Shown: piece after piece, positions 63,283 to 64,000 of the stretch
Numbering within the stretch: position 1 is the first letter of the stretch
Layout of the letters: each line of letters opens with the position of its first letter
Source: Octopus vulgaris
Lineage: Eukaryota
Assembly (NCBI GenBank): GCA_951406725.2
Contig: OX597824.1
Span: 22,382,001-22,446,000 of the forward strand
Length of the DNA: 64,000 bases
Direction: 5' to 3'
Notes under the pieces: generated by a model
The model's database searches: none
What the model saw: only the letters and a program-made list of their open reading frames with translations
Told to the model about the DNA's origin: nothing
Program-made: the position numbers and the translations under genes

Positions 63283-63640
63283 ATTTTTTTATTAGCCACA
63301 AGGGCCCAAACGTAGAGGGGGACAATACAGCCTGATTGGGGTCAGACACACAATGATTATATGACTTTTAAAATTTCACAAAATATAATGAGAACGAATG
63401 AGATACAACGAGGACGAAATACAAACATGAAATGAAGCAGAGAGATGGCTTACGCTCCGACCCCACGAGCCCCGTTCTCCTACTGAAACTTTTGTATGCA
63501 GACTTATAACATGTTCACGGGGAATCTTTCATTCCCAGCACCCTCGCAACACGCAACCGAATCCTCTACATTCGACTTCGATTGGAAAATGCTCCGCTTT
63601 CCAGCCTGCGTCTTCACCTTCCTCGAAGGGGAAAACAAAA
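63283..63640 (-). mobile_element. LINE 3' fragment (Tx1/L1-like) with a SINE-B-like tail
   Basis: Degenerate ORF end (RKVK..., RVARVLGMK) and tail TTGTCCCCCTCTACGTTTGGGCCCTTGTGGCTAATAAAAAAA. Confidence 0.6.
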
Positions 63641-64000
63641 TAGGGAAGGTGAATTACGAAGATAACGAGTAATTTAAGAGGATTTTGTGGAAGATAATTA
63701 TTACCGAGTCCCGAAGGAATAAGTATTTAAAAGAATGAATAAATATTTCAAAGAATATGAACCCTCACATAAATAAAACGTAGCACAAATTCTCATTATT
63801 ATCTTCATGGGAATCACATTACCCCCAAAGGAAAACTAGTTGTTATTTCATCTCTCCCACTGAAAGGACTAACGGCTAAGTCAACCATGGCAGCATTTAG
63901 ATAAAATGTAATCTATTTCTTTACTACCCACAAGGGGCTAAACACAGAGAGGACAGACAAACGGATTAAGTCGATTAAATCGACCCCAGTGCGTAAATGG

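Overview
This is eukaryotic, AT-rich and extremely repeat-dense DNA, so prokaryotic categories such as CRISPR and operons do not apply. The tRNA-derived SINE families and (TA)n/(CA)n/(CAT)n microsatellite load match what I recognise from Octopus (cephalopod) genomes; that assignment is inference. Most of the window looks like intron or intergenic DNA of a minus-strand gene, with a CpG-rich promoter near 62.4-62.7 kb and a probable first coding exon at 59813-59953. I cannot name the gene or confidently place its other exons, and nearly all ORF-track calls are microsatellite or SINE artefacts. Repeats include five SINE families (my labels A-E), fragments of Tx1/L1, CR1, RTE and Penelope retroelements, Tc1/mariner, hAT, piggyBac, Merlin-like and Helitron derivatives, and two copies of an LTR-like element. 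The most notable signals are: (1) seven minimal hammerhead-ribozyme motifs in four unrelated families, mostly in (TA)n-embedded inverted or tandem elements, three of them next to a Penelope GIY-YIG relic; (2) a complete 2-kb retroelement with ORF1 only (HAL1-like), inserted with a 16-bp TSD into a SINE tRNA head; (3) SINE/LINE 3'-tail partnerships visible within the window; (4) transposon-end-associated rearrangements; and (5) a near-identical ~440-bp non-SINE module duplicated 38 kb apart.
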